From positions 868,001 through 932,000 of the forward strand of contig NW_025767077.1 of assembly GCF_003918875.1 (NCBI RefSeq): DNA of 64,000 nt, read 5' to 3'. Both the position numbers and the translations under genes were made by a program. The DNA is from Haliotis rubra (taxonomy: Eukaryota). Each line of letters starts with the position of its first letter. Positions within the stretch are counted from its first letter, which is position 1. The notes below the pieces were generated by a model. It was not told the origin of the DNA. It searched no databases and was given only the letters and a program-made list of their open reading frames with translations. Shown here piece after piece: positions 60,326 to 64,000 of the stretch.

Positions 60326-61276
60326 GTATATACTTACTCCTTCATCCTGGTGCAGTGGGGTAGCCTAGTGGTTAAAGCGTTTGCTCTTCATGCTGAAGAC
60401 TCGGGTTCGGTTCCCGACATGGGAACAATGTCTGAAACCCATTTCTGGTGTCCCCACCGTGACATTCCTGGAATGTTGCTAAAAACAGTGTAAAACCATA
60501 CTCACTCACAAACAGTCCTTCATCTCTCTTCCTTATAATAGACATGCAAACGTCACTTTAGAAATAATGGTAAAAGTTGTCTCAACTTTTCACTTATCTA
60601 TATTTGCCTATTATTAAGGAGGAATTTCTATACATTCATGGACTTTTCATTCAGTACAGGCTTGGAGTAAGGTTAAGGTCACATGTGGATAGTTATTTTG
60701 GATGTTTTGATGTTTTGTTATCTGTATGGGATGTCAGCTCAGAAGTATCGCAGTATGTTAATAATAACATTAACTAATTTGTATGTGTATTGATTACAGT
60801 GACCTCTATCACCTGCAGGTTGAGAGGTATCAGGTGTGAACGAACAGCTAACACCACATGCAGCCTAAATCAGTTGTCTTCTCGGGATGTTTTGATCTAT
60901 ATTTAAGAAGTAGGTTATCATTCTTCCGGAAGAGGAAATTTCTTTTTCAAGGCATGATCATAAGAGTAGCTGTCGTGATCAATGACTTGAGAAATCATTA
61001 CGGAAATGAAATTTGGTTCGTAATAGCCACTTGTTAGGTAATATGACACCACTCCAGTCAATTTAGTGCTCAGCATGGGTTAGGCTGATCCCTTAGGTGT
61101 TTAAACGAATTTTCTGCATTAGTATCTTACAGGGTGATTACTAGGGTGATTTAGGGTGCTACAGTAGAAACTGTATCGCTTACAATCGTATGACGTCAAA
61201 ATATGATGCATGCAGTGCACAGAATTCGAAAACCTTTTGATTAGCTGTTTTACACATATATTTTACGGACTTTCAA

Positions 61277-61562
61277 TAGGGCTGGGACGATACACTATGT
61301 CTGGGATGAAATTTTACCTGCGATATGATACTTATCACGATGCATACACCTTGAAATAATGACACAGTGTTAAGATTTAAAAAGATTTATTTCAAGATAT
61401 TTGTGTATATCAATAACACTATTGTAATAGACAAACAAGTAACTCCATCATACTTGCGTATTTTTCTCTAACTAAGTACTGTAACATGTTTAAGATAATA
61501 CTGTTTTGAAAAAAAGTTGTGTATCATGATGTATCGGTGCATCGGTGAATCGTCCCAGCTGA
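61277..61562. mobile_element. hAT-type MITE
   Basis: tagggctgggacgat ... atcgtcccagctga; flanks actttcaa / actttcac (7 of 8 match). Confidence 0.65.
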
Positions 61563-63008
61563 ACTTTCACTGCTTTATTTAAACTATTTTATACATTGAA
61601 TTGTTTGCACACTCAGCATAATTAACCAGTTTATAGCAGTTTTAGGCTTGTCAGAATTTGTTTCAGTGATTTTTAAAATCTAAGTCGAAAGGTGATGCCG
61701 TTTTGTTTACATGTCATATAGTCGGTAACGAGCTTATCGATCTTCAAAATATAATAAAATGATGATATTTTGTACATTTAACATGGCGGTAAGATAAATA
61801 TGTTGTAAACTTCTCTCTCGGGTAATACGGTCTGATGTACGCCTTTTTGTAGCAGTGTCATCAGACCGTATGACCCCTGAGAGAAGCATACAACTGATAG
61901 TATTTGATACAGCATCAACATTTACTGACACATCAATATTCAGTGACATCTGACTGTTTTTGTGTGAGGAAATGACTCAGTGATCGCAGTTCCGTTGATT
62001 ATGTCGACAATAAGCTGCATTTTTGCATCTAATCTGCAACACAAATCTCCATTAATCAATAATTTTTTAGTTGCTTACATCTAAATGCCCACAAGAAAGA
62101 TTGGTTGTTTTAACTGAGCAATGTTACAACTATATGGCAGCTGTCTGTAAATAACAGCATCTGAGCTGGACAATCCAGTGATCAACAGCATGAGCATCAA
62201 TCTAAGCAATTTGGATATGATGACATGTGTCAACCAAGTCAGTTAGCTGGACCACCCAATCCCCTCAGTCGCATCTTGCGACAAGCATGGGTTGGTGAAG
62301 ATCAGTTCTAACCCCGATCTTCAATAACAAGTCTTGTTGTTATATATATGCTCATCAAAAGAATTTCAGGATTGGACCTTGTTAGCATGATGAGTATATA
62401 CGCAAAGGCTCCAAAATATCTGGAGCCATGTTGATCTCTATAAGTATAATACTCAAAAGTATAGGACCAGTGATAAAGTAGAGATAATGTGTCATGACGT
62501 TAGTTGATGTTAATACACCATAACATTCTTGTGATGGTTTCTACATATACAGATTTATTGATTCCAACATGTTGACTGACTAGGTCCGCTAAATAGACCA
62601 ACATTATTTATTCATTGCATATGTAAGTAAACAAGTTGAAAAAGAAGAAAGGCAATTATTTCCATTAAACATGTTATCTTATTCCGGCTATTGATGATAC
62701 AGATCATAGAGACCATTAATACTTAACTACATTCCGATAAATTGATAAAATATCGGAGAAGTCCTTTGGTGCAAAAAGGGAAAAAAAAGTCTGAAAAAAT
62801 CAACATATTTCCTGTCACTGGTAAGTGGTGAAATATTTATGCATCGATAACTTACAAAAATATGATTCTGTATGCAGTTTAGAAGCGACCCATGAATAAC
62901 GAAAAAACTTTGTGTATTGTGTGTATAAACTGAAACTTTATTTCGTTACAACAGTTTCTGTACAAAATTACCACCGACACAATTTCCATGTTGATATTCA
63001 ATAATATA

Positions 63009-63136
63009 CTGAGGGAAACAAATAAGGAAACACCACTTCATGGCAGTGTTCCTTTATTTATTCTCAGATTTCCTCCCACAGCGCTATTCAAAGGAAAGCT
63101 TGAATGTTCCTCTGTTCCTTTATTTGTTTCTCTCAG
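63009..63136. mobile_element. Short Tc1/mariner-type MITE with TA flanks
   Basis: ta-ctgagggaaacaaataaggaa ... ttcctttatttgtttctctcag-ta. Confidence 0.55.
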
Positions 63137-64000
63137 TATGTTCCTTCCCATCAATGATAGTGTCAATTATCTTTTTAGCCAGCCATAACTTGTATCAAAT
63201 TGGAGGATATTGCTCGTCTTGGTAACGTCACCTGCTGCGCCAATATTAAGCCATGTATGCCGAAGGCCAGGTGTAATTGACGAATAATCTGTCAGTTATT
63301 TGAACACCTATCAGTGATCAATACAAATGAAACTGACGAGTCATTGTGATATTGACACTATAACTGATTAGGTATCTTATCATTTCAACCGCCTAGTGTG
63401 ACATTAACATCATAATACCATGCCTAGTAGATAACCACAAGTCATTCACTTCAGATCAGCATCTTTACTCTTTATCGGTTTGTATCTGATTAGAGTGGCG
63501 TCAGACATGATGAAGCTAAAATTGCTCATATGTTACACAAAACAATTTTTTCTCATTGACTTGTAATGATATATTTTATAAAATTAACCATGCCATCTAC
63601 AGCTATTATATTTACATCTGTGCACAGATGTACAGGAAGCTAAACAGACCAACCCCAGTTCCGCACAAAATGTCAACCCCTTGAAAATAACTTTGATCAC
63701 AATCAGCATTAGTCATCATGAGAAAAAAGACAGCAGCAAATATTAATAAATATGGCCAGTTTTAATTACTGGATGGATGTACATTTATTAAACACACACA
63801 TCTTACACAAAGTCACCCAACCACAGCTGTCAGATGATTCAGTCTGCACTGAAGGGTCCCTACATAAAGTGCTTAAATTATGGAATCTGATTTGGTTTAG
63901 TATATCCTTTAATATGTTTAGTGAAGCTAAAGGCATAGGAACTTTCAATTGCATGATGAGGCACTAAAGATCAAATATGTAGATACAGGGCTCGATTTAA

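Noticed and set aside
54441-64000. Further PPTC7 exons or other genes in the short ORFs of this region
   Set aside because: No VADGVGGW or other PP2C motif was found; the ORFs are short, AT-rich or repeat-derived, so the region is treated as intron.

Overview
AT-rich, intron-containing eukaryotic DNA dense in tRNA-derived SINEs and MITEs. The SINE types suggest a gastropod mollusc, possibly abalone (inference only). (1) 1-24.8 kb: four head-to-tail copies of a ~6 kb segment. Each copy carries a candidate two-exon ~100-aa orphan gene (LIR-like motif plus C-terminal cationic amphipathic helix) and decayed, intronless minus-strand coding relics, including what looks like a D5/SF3-type viral helicase. 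Copy-specific insertions (SINEs, a Merlin-like element) record the history of the array. (2) 24.8-28.5 kb: a foldback-type element whose inverted arms are made of 41-bp tandem repeats. (3) 36.7-47.7 kb, minus strand: a complete six-coding-exon gene model (653 aa, all splice phases consistent). It encodes a PRDM9-type ancestral KRAB domain, a degenerate SSXRD-like motif, four 53-aa charge-alternating repeats and six C2H2 fingers, with no visible PR/SET domain. This is a KRAB-zinc-finger architecture in an apparent invertebrate and is the top finding. Its introns hold a Tc1 relic, a Dong/R4-like retrotransposon fragment and two minisatellites. (4) 54.2 kb: first coding exon of PPTC7 behind a uATG-rich leader, followed by a long intron. 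All calls were made by eye with no database search; repeat boundaries are approximate unless a TSD is quoted.
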